Positions 24,583-38,420 of a stretch of 64,000 nucleotides of DNA are shown in pieces. Location of the stretch: assembly GCF_001194135.2 (NCBI RefSeq), contig NC_068987.1, positions 15,946,338 through 16,010,337 of the forward strand, read 5' to 3'. Made by a program: the position numbers and the translations under genes. The stretch's first letter is position 1; the number at the start of each line of letters is the position of its first letter. The notes under the pieces are model-generated. The model saw nothing but the letters and a program-made list of their open reading frames with translations. It was not told where the DNA came from and made no database searches. The stretch is from Octopus bimaculoides. Taxonomy: Eukaryota.

Positions 24583-25571
24583 NNNNNNNNNNNNNNNNNN
24601 NNNNNNNNNNNNNNNNNNNNNNNNNNNNNNNNNNNNNNNNNNNNNNNNNNNNNNNNNNNNNNNNNNNNNNNNNNNNNNNNNNNNNNNNNNNNNNNNNNNN
24701 NNNNNNNNNNNNNNNNNNNNNNNNNNNNNNNNNNNNNNNNNNNNNNNNNNNNNNNNNNNNNNNNNNNNNNNNNNNNNNNNNNNNNNNNNNNNNNNNNNNN
24801 NNNNNNNNNNNNNNNNNNNNNNNNNNNNNNNNNNNNNNNNNNNNNNNNNNNNNNNNNNNNNNNNNNNNNNNNNNNNNNNNNNNNNNNNNNNNNNNNNNNN
24901 NNNNNNNNNNNNNNNNNNNNNNNNNNNNNNNNNNNNNNNNNNNNNNNNNNNNNNNNNNNNNNNNNNNNNNNNNNNNNNNNNNNNNNNNNNNNNNNNNNNN
25001 NNNNNNNNNNNNNNNNNNNNNNNNNNNNNNNNNNNNNNNNNNNNNNNNNNNNNNNNNNNNNNNNNNNNNNNNNNNNNNNNNNNNNNNNNNNNNNNNNNNN
25101 NNNNNNNNNNNNNNNNNNNNNNNNNNNNNNNNNNNNNNNNNNNNNNNNNNNNNNNNNNNNNNNNNNNNNNNNNNNNNNNNNNNNNNNNNNNNNNNNNNNN
25201 NNNNNNNNNNNNNNNNNNNNNNNNNNNNNNNNNNNNNNNNNNNNNNNNNNNNNNNNNNNNNNNNNNNNNNNNNNNNNNNNNNNNNNNNNNNNNNNNNNNN
25301 NNNNNNNNNNNNNNNNNNNNNNNNNNNNNNNNNNNNNNNNNNNNNNNNNNNNNNNNNNNNNNNNNNNNNNNNNNNNNNNNNNNNNNNNNNNNNNNNNNNN
25401 NNNNNNNNNNNNNNNNNNNNNNNNNNNNNNNNNNNNNNNNNNNNNNNNNNNNNNNNNNNNNNNNNNNNNNNNNNNNNNNNNNNNNNNNNNNNNNNNNNNN
25501 NNNNNNNNNNNNNNNNNNNNNNNNNNNNNNNNNNNNNNNNNNNNNNNNNNNNNNNNNNNNNNNNNNNNNNN
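24583..25571. other. Assembly gap following a (TA)n run
   Basis: N run; (TA)n at about 24531-24582. Confidence 1.
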
Positions 25572-27974
25572 TTTCTCAGATAATCTCTGATTGGTGAATA
25601 ATAAGTGAGATAAAATTAATATGTTAGACTTAAGTTATAATAGTGAGACTTAAGACCTTTTATTTCCTGTCTTAAGGTCTGTGACTAATTTTGCCATTTT
25701 AGTTGCTTAGAAGAGCCCTCGTGATCAAGACTTAAAGAGTTATAAAAATCCTTAAAAAAAAACTTAGGGGATCCAAAAAAGCTTCCCATTTTCTAATTTG
25801 TTGAAGCAAGAAGTAATGAGATTTTGTGAAGCAAGCAAATTATCACAAATCAAATAGGAAAATGTGTGTGTGTGTGTGTGTGTGCGTGTGTGTGTGTGCA
25901 TGCACGCATGTATGTTTACAAATCTTTAAGTCATATAGATTAGCTGCTAATGGAAGTATTTAAAGTCTGTCTAGTAATCTATGTCAAAGCCTACACATTC
26001 TTGTGAGCCCATTAACATTTTATCTTTTACTTGTAGTGTATAGCCATAGAGATTTTAATTTCAAATTCATTAAATGGATTTTACACATGATCTAATTAAA
26101 GTAGAGGTTTTGTATTTTAGTCTCTGCTGTTTTTCAGTAAGTTGTCTATTATCAGTTCTTGTTTAAATGAGTTTTTAAACAAACCCAGAAAATTACATGA
26201 AACATCTAATCACTGCTGTTATCTTTACCAACAACACCTTTAGTGTTCATTTTCAGCATTTTTCTGAAACTATACTTTATGCTTTATAATTTAAGTTTAT
26301 GTGTGCATGTACACACACATACACGCACACCCTTTAGCATGCTTAGGTATATCATGGTGTCATATGAATTTTTCCTCCCTGTAGCTGTGGGTACATTGTG
26401 TTGCATTGAGAGAGGAGAAAACTTGTATGGTAACATAATGGGTTTGCCATGTAATAGGTAGGGGCTCCATTAGTCAATTTTAACCATGCAATTGAATATA
26501 TATGTGCAAGCCTGGGTATGATTTTTTTTTTAATGTAAGTCAAGCACTTGCCTAGGCATACAAGCTTCTCCTCTCTACATTGCTTATGCTTATCCAAAGG
26601 AAAGGTTGCCAATTTTGGCCAACACTGCTGTCAGAATGCAAAGAGTTGAAATAGCTATTAAAAGGCATCTTACTTCTTAAGCTCTGAATTCCCTATGGAG
26701 CATAAGCCAACTTGCTCTACTGTTCTCAACTCAAGGTTCTTCTAGGTCTTGTTCATTTTGAATTGTTATTGATGCTTCTGTGACTTTGCTTTTTTCTAGA
26801 TAGGAGTGTTAGTCCTATGCAAATCCATTTCTACCTCTAGAAGAAGTGGTCCATATTAGACTGGTCTCTAGTCTTTGACCTATCCAGCATGAGGTGGTGG
26901 GGTGATCTACCAGGAGCTTGTGCTGTGCTGGAGTAGGTCACAGGGTTGATGAGGCACATAAACCACCACATCACAAGAACTGGACCTTGTAGTGGACAAG
27001 GCATCTTGCCCGACCCTTCTATTGCTCCACCAATTTAATGCCCCAGATTGGTAATATTTCATCAACTCTGAAAGGATGAAAAGTAAAAGTTGACCTCAGA
27101 GGAATTTCAAATCAGAGAGTTATCTTCTTTTATTTTTATTTATGTATTTTTTTAATTATTTTTTTTTACTTGTTTCTGACTTTGAACTGCAGTCATGCTG
27201 GGGCACTGCCTGTCTTCAAGGGTTTAATTAAAGAAATAGACCTCTGTACGTATTGCCTGTTTTTGGAACAATACCAGCAGGTATTTTATCCAGCACTCTT
27301 AATGATTTTGCTAATTTGCTGCCAGTAAAATTGTAAAATACCATAATATGAATTAAAAAGCAGAAGTATTGGTATTTTGATGTTTATTTCAATGTCTAAA
27401 AAACGAAAAAGAAAAGAAAAAGAGGAAAATGGAAAATATGTTTGGCATTCATGGTATAAATTAAGCTTGAAGAGTAATTATCTCAATAAGAGCTTACATA
27501 ACATCTGAGAGATACAATAACAAAAAAAAAAAAATTCCAATTTTAAATCTTTTGAACACTGAAAAAAATTGGTCAAGTAGACACATTTGAATTAGGATTT
27601 AGCTTACTGAAAGCATTGGCTGTTAGGAAAGACTTTTGTCTACTGATGAGATTTTGTTTAGCAAATACTTAAAAACTACTACTGAAGTAATTGATTTGCA
27701 CTTAGAGGTTTTACTTTAAGGTTAGCACTTTTGACTTCTGCTTTAGTAACTATGCATCTTAAAATAGAGGTAAGTCAGCGACCCAGTTTTAGATGTCTTG
27801 GTTGTAGATGTCCTCCTTTCATTCTGCTTGCGTCACTAGTGTTCTTGAGAAAGATATTACACAAATACCTCATTTTCTTCGCTTGTAACATCTCTGGCGT
27901 TATGTTTATATAAAAAGCAAACAAAAAAAATATTTCGTGTCCTGATTGCTTCAAAGTCAAATGTGCCCCCCCCC

Positions 27975-28078
27975 CACTGGTGCAGCCTGCTGACTTGCCA
28001 GTCCTCAGTCAAATCATCCAACCCATGCTAGCATGGAAAGTGGACGTTAAATGACGATGATGATGATGATGATGATGA
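27975..28078 (+). mobile_element. Isolated (GAT)n retro-element 3' tail
   Basis: CCAACCCATGCTAGCATGGAAAGTGGACGTTAAATGACGATGATGAT. Confidence 0.8.
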
Positions 28079-30417
28079 GACTGCATAAAAATGTTCCTTT
28101 CTGTTGTAATAAAGTACCCTCCACCAAAAGAACTTCATGGTGGAAGAATAGCATCAAAATTTCCTCTTTCAAGGATACTGTTGTATTCTTGAAAATATGA
28201 TGTGATTTGTCATGGTTTGAATAACTTTGTTTGTAGGTCTGCTAAATGCTGACTTTGGGCTGAACAACATTAAAAACAAGTGTGTGTGTGTGTGTGTGTA
28301 TGCGTGTGTGCACACATGCACACACAGAGGATAATAGGTTAAACTATATGCTGAATTTTTTTTTTTTTTTTGTTATGTAGAAGTGCCATAAATAAATAAT
28401 GTGGTTTTCTTCATTTTTAATTGATTTATATTTAAAAGTGTTTGGGATAATGCTATTTGGTTCTATAAGTATAGCTTTTCATGAGGTCACAAAAGTTAAG
28501 GAAGTATTATATATGCATACACTCTTCCTTTGGCGAAAGCTCAAGGAAAACTGATTTTCTATCAAATACCTATCTCAAGCAGCCCAAACTTATATTGGAA
28601 AGATAATTTGTAGTCAGAATTCCATAGGAATGTTGCCATGTTTGGTAAAACCTGCCAAATTGAACCTGAAATGACTTTCTATATATGACATCAACCCCAA
28701 CATCCATTTATTTTTAAAGGCTGACCCATTATGTAATGTTTTTTAATTTTTTTTTTATTCCATTAGTCATATACTGTTTGGATGCATCTTAAATAGTATC
28801 AGAAGGGGGTATTCAGGGTAGTTTTGACCAAATTGCATTTCATCAAGTTGATAGCAAATTTTAGCAATTCTAGATGTCTTATACATGACAGATACAATCA
28901 TTGTTATAATAATCTTCTTTATCATATCTAATAATAAAATGCTTACCTTTTGTCTATCTCTATTTTCTTGCATTGAGACTTTCCCTGAAGTACATATCAA
29001 ATACAAATACAAAAGAGAAAAGAAAGAAAAAAGAGCATATAGCAAAATAGAACAAAGATAACAAGGGAGAATTTCGTACTCTGCAAGACTAAAGTACAGT
29101 AGGAACAAGAATAACCTGATCTTCTCTTTTCATCCACTGTTAGTCATTAGCCTTGCTGATGTATGTGTACATGTATGCATGTTTGTGCCTTCAGTTTTTT
29201 GCTATCTGTTAATGTGCACACATTGGTACACTAGTCAAGATCTGATGAAATCATGGATATCAAAAATAGCAACAAAATTCCAATACATTTTTTATTTATT
29301 TATTATTCTCCAAAGTATGTGTGTGTAGTGTGACACAAATAACTAAATTTATACTTGACCTTCAAAATGTGTTTATAGGTTAACAATCTGTGTTTAACAT
29401 GTTCATTGAAGCATGCTGTTTTTATATATATTGTATTACATTCAATCCAAAGTAAGATTTTCTTTTCATCATTTATCTACTTTATGGATGCTGTTCCAGT
29501 GTATTATTGTAGTAAAAATTTTCCATTTGTTTCAACATACATTTCATGTATGCTTTCTTGATAGGTTTAGAAAGGTTTTTGTTTATTGGTAATATATCTT
29601 TTCGTTATTTGCTTTTGCATGTTATGGTATTGATTAATGAAGGGCTTGGCAATAAAGGGAACTTGTTATATTTGAAGGGACACTGATAATACTAGCACTC
29701 TTGAATAAAGGGCTCAAGGCCTAAAATTTGCCAAGACAAGATATCTATTTATTTGAGATAAACTGGAATGAGTTTGAGAATAAGTAATGGAAATTATTTT
29801 AGGAAATTTTTTGGATAAAATCTGATATAGAAACCCCTCTTTATGTATCCCAAAGATAACTGCCATATCTGCCCATAGATTTCAATTGTCATGATTTTAT
29901 TGGAAAACTAAAATATATGTATGTATAGAGGAGGAGGTTAAGAATAACCTAATTAATTTGGAGGAGTAAATGAGAATTAGGAAAACGTTGAGCGAATGAA
30001 GGAAGAAAATTATCAAAGATATAGAGAGAGGAGTGGGGAAAATTTCTGTACTCTGATTCTTAAGCTCTTTCTATACTTGTCATCAATTGTTCCAATCTGG
30101 TAACAAGGTTTACTGCCTTTTGTGCAGAATGCATCAGGTGTTCTCTTTGTTAATTGGGAACTCTGTTGCAAAATAGTGACAGAAAACGTAATAGTATCGA
30201 CATCTATTTAATTTACAATGAAAATTCCTTTAGATATCAAATGTATAGCTATCATGGTTGCATTAGGTGTTGTATTGTTATATCAACTTAGTGTTGATTC
30301 TTTTTTTATTTCACTTGCATTATTAATGCTCCTATGAAAGGCATAAAATGTCAATAATTTACCATCACCATTGTTGTTGTTATTGTTGTCATTATTATTA
30401 TTATTATTATTATTATT

Positions 30418-30477
30418 CAAGCAGCAACCTGGCAGAATTATTAGCGTGTTGGACATACTTAGTGGCATTTCGTTGTG
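30418..30477 (+). mobile_element. SINE family A head only, after an (ATT)n run
   Basis: AAGCAGCAACCTGGCAGAATTATTAGCGTG...GGCATTTCG. Confidence 0.65.
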
Positions 30478-32999
30478 AAGTTTGACTTAATGGTAGTTTG
30501 TTTTGTTTCCTGTGAAAACAACAGAGAAACTCAGTACTTTTATTAACATCTACTTCATTAGATCTTCGTTCAGAGGCATTCCTACCATGACCATCTATTC
30601 TTTTTTGCATGCAGGGAATGCAAGACCACGTTACTTTTCCAAAGACAGTGGGATATAATTTGGGGGAAATTTGACTATGATTTCTAACAAATCAGGTGAC
30701 TACATCAGCTTGTGTGTGTTCCCCCCTCCCTTCCACCTTTATAGTTTTGTAACCGTAAGATAATACACCTGTATTTACAATTGGTCTTTGTTTCCTTTAT
30801 GAAAACTGCCTGATACTTGGCTAAGGAAGCTACCAGGAATTGTTATTATTACATCTCATTTTTGTTGAATCTAATTAGTATCATTAATTTCCAATTCCAT
30901 AGAAACCTCCATGAAGATTTTTCTTTTTAATGTTGAAGTTGGAAAAATAATTTAATGATGATACTAGGGATGAAAGATTCAATGCTGATCATTTTTATTG
31001 AAATTCTTTCAGTGTATCCTATTTTCATTCTGAAGTCATTTGTCGATGGCATTAATGTTCTTGACGTATATTTGCATATATGAATATTCATTCTTAGCTT
31101 GTTAAAGCTTGTTGTGATGACTGGATAACACTCTGGATTAGTCATGTGTTCATACTGAGTGATTAGCACAGCATTGCTCTTATCAATAAGAATAATTACT
31201 CTGCTTCCATCAGCCTATTTGGATAGAATATAGGTAGGCCAACGTCATTGCATCTTTGGATAGAATTGTTGATGTTTCTTGCTAGAACATTCAATTTTAT
31301 ATGCTTCAATTCACCCATTGGAAAGAGGCACTAAATCTTCAGAAAATGTCACCTTGGACAGACTAGTGTCCTAATCAATGGGAGATTTGAATCAGTTTTC
31401 ATCAATGGCACCAAATGTAAGCAGTTGTTTCTGAGAAGTCTTTGGCTCTTTAGAAACATTGAAAATGATTAAAAGGAAGTTTGGTTTGACATTTTTCTCT
31501 TTGTACCTGATGAGAATTTGAAAATAAGGAGTTTTGGTTTTCTAGATGAAAATGACTATACCATTGTCATGGAATTGTTAAAGATTTTCCCTCTTGATAA
31601 AGTTCAGAGTATTTGAGTTCTATAATTACTAAAACTTATATAATTATTAAGAAATTTCGAAGTAATGGCATACTATTTATTATATTGATATGAATGAAGA
31701 AATGTTTGTAAATGTCAAATACTGTTAATATTTGCTTCATATTATTACACATTATTGTATAATTTTATGTATTTTACAATTTATGTCTATTTTGTGTATG
31801 CAAGCACAATCATGTGTTAATTTGATGGTCTAAACACCTGATGTTTGATCAGATATGACTAACTACTTATATTGGTTCTTCTTTTTTCATTTTTATTTGT
31901 ATGACTATATAATTACTTCAATATGATACTTTACACAGTAAATGAAGATAGATTGCATATTGATATTGGTTTAACGTGCTTTTTATATGGATGATAATGT
32001 TGGTGTTCTTATTGTTTGGAACAAGTATTTTGCTTCAGGATACTTAGTTTGATATGAAAATCTAATCTAATCTAATCAAATGAAATGTATTATTTTTATC
32101 ACGACTGCGCTATGCACATGAACTTGTGTACACATGTGCATACTTTCGCACCCCTCCCCCCTTTTGTTATTACAAATATATTTACATGTTTCCTGTTTTA
32201 GCAAGGTGATTTTACAAATTTGGACAACTGTATGCATTGTAGGAGCTTAGTAATTTAAAGCTGGTTGACTCTTGCAATACAAATAACTACTGAAATGTGG
32301 GAATAGTGTTTTGTAGCATATATTTTTTCCTGTCCATTCTGTTAAATCAACATGTTTTTAACTGAATCATTTTACTCTCTTCTATGCTGGTATGGGTTGG
32401 ATGTGTTTTCACAGTTCAGTCAGTCCTGGAGTCACTTCCTCCTAGATTGGTTCGAGGGTCATGTCTTGTTTGTACAATCCATTTTGGCAGGGTTTCTATA
32501 ACTAGATGCACTTAAAGCCAGCTATTTTAAGGAGTGTACTGGGTGGTGCATTTCATTGAGGTACCCACACTGGAGAGGTTGCCTTGTCCCTTGCAGGATT
32601 AAAAAATCTTCTCTACATTGTCACATTTACTTTAAACAATCAGAGACAGAGTAAGTGGATAGAGAACGGTGATAGGGAAAGAACCAAGGAGACAAAGTGA
32701 AAGAAGAGAGAGTATGAATAGAAGTATTACTTGTATTTATTGTGGGTTCAGATTTCAAACCATATCTAGTTCAGCACTGCTTTTCATTCTTCTGGAGTGG
32801 ATGAAATACCAGTGGTGTACTTGGGTTAATTTAATTGACTAAGCCTCTCCTTTATAAAAACTTGTAGCTGTCTTCAAAGTTAGAAATTAATTAATTTCCA
32901 AAAATAGCAGCATACCAGATTAAATAAACTACTTGCTGTTTTATTCATTTCTATGCTTGTGTAGGTTGGAAGGGGGTCTTATTTCAAGGCAGCATTTTA

Positions 33000-33170
33000 T
33001 GGCCAGATGCTCTTCTCATCACCATTTTGTTTTCAAAGAAAGGACCCCACCTCCCAACTGGTCTTTAAAAGTGTCAAACGGTCATTTGTACAAGAAATGT
33101 AAACATCACTGTCTGTCCAACCCATGCTAGCATGGAAAGCGGACGTTAAACGATGATGATGATGATGGTG
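33000..33170 (+). mobile_element. (GAT)n-tailed retro-element 3' fragment
   Basis: CCAACCCATGCTAGCATGGAAAGCGGACGTTAAACGATGATGAT. Confidence 0.8.
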
Positions 33171-34424
33171 ACTGTATTGCACATGTGGTGATGAGCAAAG
33201 CCATATAATGTCAACATATGCACACACATATGCATGTGTGACTGGCTTCCATACAGTTTCCATCTATTAATTCTATTATAAGGCATTGATGAGCCTTAGA
33301 TGGAACTTGCCCAAGGTGCCGTGATTACTCAATAAAATAAATAATCAATAAGATAAATACTAGGCTTGTACTGGATCAACCAATCCATTTGAATATATTC
33401 ATACTATACAGAATTATAGCAATGTGTCATTGGAATTCAGTGTTGCTAGTATTTGGAGCATTAATTGAATCCAGTGCAGAGAAGAGTGAAACAATTCTGT
33501 CTAGAATTATACCTATCATGAAAATAATGAAAAATTGCTCAAGAGACAGTGGAGTGAACAAAGGAGTAAAGGTAATTTATGATACCTACATAAGAATTGA
33601 GGGAAAAAATTCTAATTAAATATTTTCATTTTAAAGAGAAAGTATTTGTTGTTTTAACTAATGAAGTACTCTACTATTTTATTTGAATGTTATGTTCTAC
33701 CTTTAATTGAAGAACATGAAGGATAAAATGGCACAAGAATTATTTGTTGGATGTAGGTTGGCATTCTGTTTTTTGTTTACTTAGCTGTTCCTTGCAAATT
33801 TAATTAGGCGAGTATTTTCCCAAGTTCCAATTACACTATTGCCAGTATGGGATTATTTTATTTTTAGCTTGTCTTTTTTTTTTGTTGTTGTTGCTAGAAA
33901 TCCAACTCCAAATAGAGCGATTGTTCTGAATTCTATTTAAAGATTAGGTAAACGTAAAGAGAAATAGTATTAAGAAAGATAAAAGTATTTAAACTATGTG
34001 ATAATTGCGTAGAATAAGTGTAGTTTGTACGTGCATGCTTTAATGCCCATTTTTTCTAGTGTGTGTGAGAGAGAGGAATTGGCTATTACCTATTTTCTGA
34101 ATGTTGTCTTTTAGTTAGATGATTCTACCTTAAAATTTGTTAATAGAAAACCTACTTGACAGACAGTTGCTTAGTGAAGTAATATAATGGGTTGGCAAAG
34201 CTTTGACTTGGCTGATTTCAGTCTGGGAAATTTACTTTAGACAGAGTATCAGACTTTCAGTAGTGTTTCAGGTTCACAGAATAAAATTTAGTTAATTTCA
34301 CCTCATTGCTTAATGGATACTATGAAGAGAAGAAAGTTGGATTTATTACTGCAAAGCCTGCTGTTTTGGTATGCTATAATGTGCCTGAACTCTACTGTCA
34401 TAATAATAATAATACTTTCTACTA

Positions 34425-34625
34425 TAGGCACAAAGCCTGGATTTTGTGAGGAGGGGGACAGTCGATCACATTGACCCAGTACTCAACTGGTACTTATTTT
34501 ATCAACCCCAAAAGGATGAAAAGCAAAGTTGACCCCAGTGGCATTTGAACTCAGAGTGTAAAATTAGACGTAATACTGCTAAGCATTTTGCCCGGTGTGC
34601 TAATGATTCTGCCAGCTCACTGCCC

Positions 34626-34660
<35 letters not shown>

Positions 34661-34740
34661 GCTTCAAATTTTGGTACAAGGCTTGCAATTTGGCCGGGGG
34701 GGGGGGGGAGTTGGTTACATTGACTCCAGGCAAAGTCAGC
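34425..34740 (-). mobile_element. SINE family A copy plus an adjacent partial copy, joined by (AAT)n
   Basis: CTGGTACTTATTTTATCAACCCC...TTTGAACTC...GCTAATGATTCTGCCAGCTCACTGCC; a second tail begins after (AAT)n at 34627-34659. Confidence 0.8.
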
Positions 34741-35039
34741 CTGCTGGTGGACCTCTGTAGGAATTTGGTGAAAACTGTTTCTGCACATAACACTCGCAAT
34801 GCACTTGAGTCCGTCTCATGCAAGACTGTCTGCTCATGGACCCCATCTACCTCTTGGATGATCAAGTGTTTCTTGTTACATTACACCATCACAGTGTGTG
34901 CTGATGGAGTTCTTATGCACACTCTCTCTTACCCAACACTAGCAACCCTGGTGTGCATCTTACATACTTGATGTTGTCCACATGCAACCTGGATAACCAG
35001 GCTATACCTGCACTACTTCTATAAGGATCATTCTACACG

Positions 35040-35610
35040 GCTAGAATCATCAATGCTACAAATACCTCCTACCAATAAGGGTCTCTCCTGATAAGTGTAC
35101 AATCTCAACATAGCAAACCTGCATCACAAGGGCTGCTGTTCCTCTTCAGAGCCAGAAAATATTTCAGCCCCAGAAAATACATAGGCCTTCAACAGCTACT
35201 GACCCTTTACAAAACTCAGGTGAGACTCAAAATAGAGTACTGTTCTTACATCTGGGACAGTGCTGTTGCTACATATACCAACATCCTAGACCAGATCTCT
35301 CAAAGGTGGCTCAGCTGATTCACATGTAGTCCAACTTCAGGTTCACAAGCATGATGTCTCCTCACTTTGCCCTTTTTTTTTTATTGCTTCTATAGTGGCT
35401 TCTGCTTCTCTGGCTCAAACCTCTCTGGTCTCATCTCACCTTCACTCACCTTCTCATCATCTCTATTGCACCCCCATTCCAAATCTGCACAGATCACTTT
35501 AACCAGTTTTTCTTCAAGAAATATCATCCCTTTTGAATTCTCTCTCCCATTCATGTTTTTTTCCTGCAGCCATCAGCTTGCAATTGTTCACAGGAAACAT
35601 TAACCATATT
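35040..35610 (+). mobile_element. 3' fragment of a CR1/L2/Jockey-group LINE (RT C-terminus)
   Basis: LLTLYKTQVRLKIEYCSYIWDSAV...ILDQI at 35196-35297 (cf. LYKAxVRPxLEYCSxIW); later LNSLP..VF-like remnant. Confidence 0.75.
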
Positions 35611-36816
35611 GATCTCACTGAGCCTAGAAAGCTTCTAAAGCTATGAGCACAGACCAAACCAATAACAGAAATATTAGTACTTGAATATCATCACTGTGAC
35701 CTATTTACTAATGCTATAGCTATAATTTACTTCAGTCTGAACAGTCTTGTTAGCGGCTTTGTCAAATGCTTTCAGGGACATCGTTTGTATTGAAATTTCC
35801 TCAAGAAGTTTTTCTATGTTTGCTGAAGCTGGTTAAATTGATTGTAATGATGGCTTTCACAATAATTTAAAAGTAAAAGATTCTGAACTTATTTCTCTTG
35901 TGTCATGTTGAATTTAATGAGAACCTCTCATAGCAAATGAAGTTTAATTTCTTGAGTTAACTAATAGCTACCAAAATTAAATTAGCAACTTATAATTATT
36001 GCATCCAGGAAGAGTTTTGCTCTTTGTTATTTCCTTTCAGTTCAGACCACTCTATTGCTGAATGTCTTATAAGGAACTATTTTGTTACAGGATAAATACT
36101 GCTCTGGTTTTCAAATAGCAAGTGAATTTTCAGTAATTTTATTATTTAAAGTTAAAATTAAATCAGTTGTTTTGCTCTCATTCATCTGCTGTCAGTTCTA
36201 AATAAAATTAAGTCTGGCAACTAGATGAATAGTTTTTCAATAATATTCATGAAGAATATTTTAAGTTTTCATTTGTTCATTGGGTTCCTTTTATTAGCAT
36301 CGCCACCATCTCATAAATATGGTAAAATTTTGTTGGAATTTTGAATGCGAATGCATTTTAGTTTCATTTACACTGAAGTGATTTTTCTGCTCCCTTCAAG
36401 CTGGTTATCTATTCGAGTATCAGCATTTGTATTTCTCATTACGTTTAATTTAACTGAGATGCAGTTTCTAATCTTAATTGTTATAGCATTTCTTGGAAAT
36501 TTATGTAGGAAAGTTATTTTTGTTTCGATTCAAACAAATGATAAAAAGACAGTATATAAAATGAATAAATAATGATCCAACATGAAAAGAGAAAGCATTC
36601 GGTAATACAGTTTACAAATACTTGAATTTGTTGTATAACGATTCATATCTGAATCATTATTACGGAATCATACTTGGAGTGATATAAGTTGTGCTTATTT
36701 TAAAATGTGTGTATGAAGGAATGAGGTTGCATTATGAATGTACTATAATTTTTTATTTTTTATGTTACATTCCAAAGTGATCATATTTTAATTCTGTGAT
36801 TTTCTAGATATAGAAT

Positions 36817-37020
36817 TAACAAGCTGGCAGAATCGTTAAAGCATTAGAAAAATTGCTTTGTAGTATTTCTTCTGATGCTCTATATTCTAAGTTCAAATCC
36901 TGTTATGGTTGACCCCGCCCTTCATCTTTTCGAGGTCAATGAAACAAAGTACCCATCAAGTACTGGAGCCAATGGTGTTGATTAAGCCCCTCCCCTCAAA
37001 GTTGCTGGCATTGTAGCTAA
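36817..37020 (+). mobile_element. SINE family A copy
   Basis: CAAGCTGGCAGAATCGTTA head; AAGTTCAAATCC; CTTCATCTTTTCGAGGTCAATGAAA core. Confidence 0.8.
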
Positions 37021-38199
37021 ACCAAAAACCATTATGATATTCTTATACTGACAGAATGGCTTTTAATGTATTAACAGTTTTGTGGAAAAAAGAAAAAGAC
37101 ATATCTAATGAATAGACTGCCGATATGTTTCAATTAATTTTCAGTATAATTAAGATTTTGGAGAACTGTATGAAAATATCAATAACTTTATATATTGATA
37201 TATTATGCTGGTGTTAACTAAAGTCTCATGATATCAATCATAGTATAACAACATTTTAATTGAGATTATAATTCAAATAGAGGTACAACATGGATTTTCT
37301 GGTATCTTTGGTTCCAATGTCTTTCTGAATTACTGATTTTTTTTTCCTAACCAGGGGTGGTCACCTTGGTCAACACACTCTATGTTAAATAAATATTAAA
37401 TTTACTTAAACAATTAAATGAATACAGGCACCTGTATATTAGTGTAATTAATACACCAGTAAACTACTCTGGCAGCTGTGGGAATTTGAAGTTTCTGCTT
37501 TTAAATTAGTACAAATTATAAGACATTCTAGACCACTGGTGTCTGGTAAGTTGGTGTTGTACCTGTATAAACTCTTTTGTATGGGCATTGCCTGGCAGGT
37601 TGCTACTAAAAGGGTCAAATATCCTTTTGTAAACCTGCCTCCATCATTCACTTCAACATTATTCACAACATGGTTTATAATTAGTATAGTTGGTAATATG
37701 TATTAGCCATTACTGATACTTCAATCAACTATGTTGTTATTGATATTTAAAATTAAAAATAGTTGCATGTTGTAGACTAGTTTGGATATTAACATCTGTT
37801 GACTGATTTACTCTTGCAAAAATATTTGTCAGATTATTATTCCAAGGTTTTGTGCTTATCCTAGTGTATTTTGCATTTCACATAAAAAAAAAAAAAAAAA
37901 CAGGCCAAGATAAGAAGTCTGGAATAATTGATGAAGGGATAAAATAGCATTTTGAAATGTTAAGTAAACAACATGTTTGTAGAAAAATAATGTTTTTAGC
38001 TAATTGATGTTTCAAGTAGTACATTTTCTTGATAATTGCAGTCACAAACTTAGTTTCTCTATTCTTGTGTCCACATAAGGGGAAAGCTGATAATTTTTGT
38101 TTCTCTAGTCTTTTTGTCTTTTATTTGTTTCATTCATTGAACTGCAGCCATTCTAGAACAGACTGCTGATCTCTTTTGCCAAACTATTAAGTTTCAGAG

Positions 38200-38420
38200 A
38201 CGTAAACAAACCAACACTAGTCGTCAAGCAGTAGTGGACACGCACACTCGTAACACACATGACAGACTTGTTTCAGTTTCCATCTACCAAATCCACTTGC
38301 ACAGCTTTGGTCAGCTTGGGGCAATAGTAGAAGACACTTGCTCAAGGTGCCATGCAATAGGATTGAACTCATGACCACATGGTTGGGAAACCAGTTTCTC
38401 AAAACACACAAGCCATGCTG
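38200..38420 (-). mobile_element. SINE family B copy
   Basis: TTTCAGTTTCCATCTACCAAATCCAC...CAAGGTGCCATGCAATAGGATTGAAC. Confidence 0.8.

Noticed and set aside
24482-25597. Long ORFs of 355-371 aa (also at 40799-41358 and 59508-59925)
   Set aside because: They span N gaps and are artefacts.
26385-26429. 45-nt symmetric exon candidate
   Set aside because: The opposite strand shows weak LINE RT-like remnants (EKLVCLG), so it is probably repeat-derived; no other support.
30927-31400. Possible second Penelope-like RT N-terminal fragment (ADGSRVIILIDKS)
   Set aside because: Only one weak motif resemblance; not supportable without an alignment.
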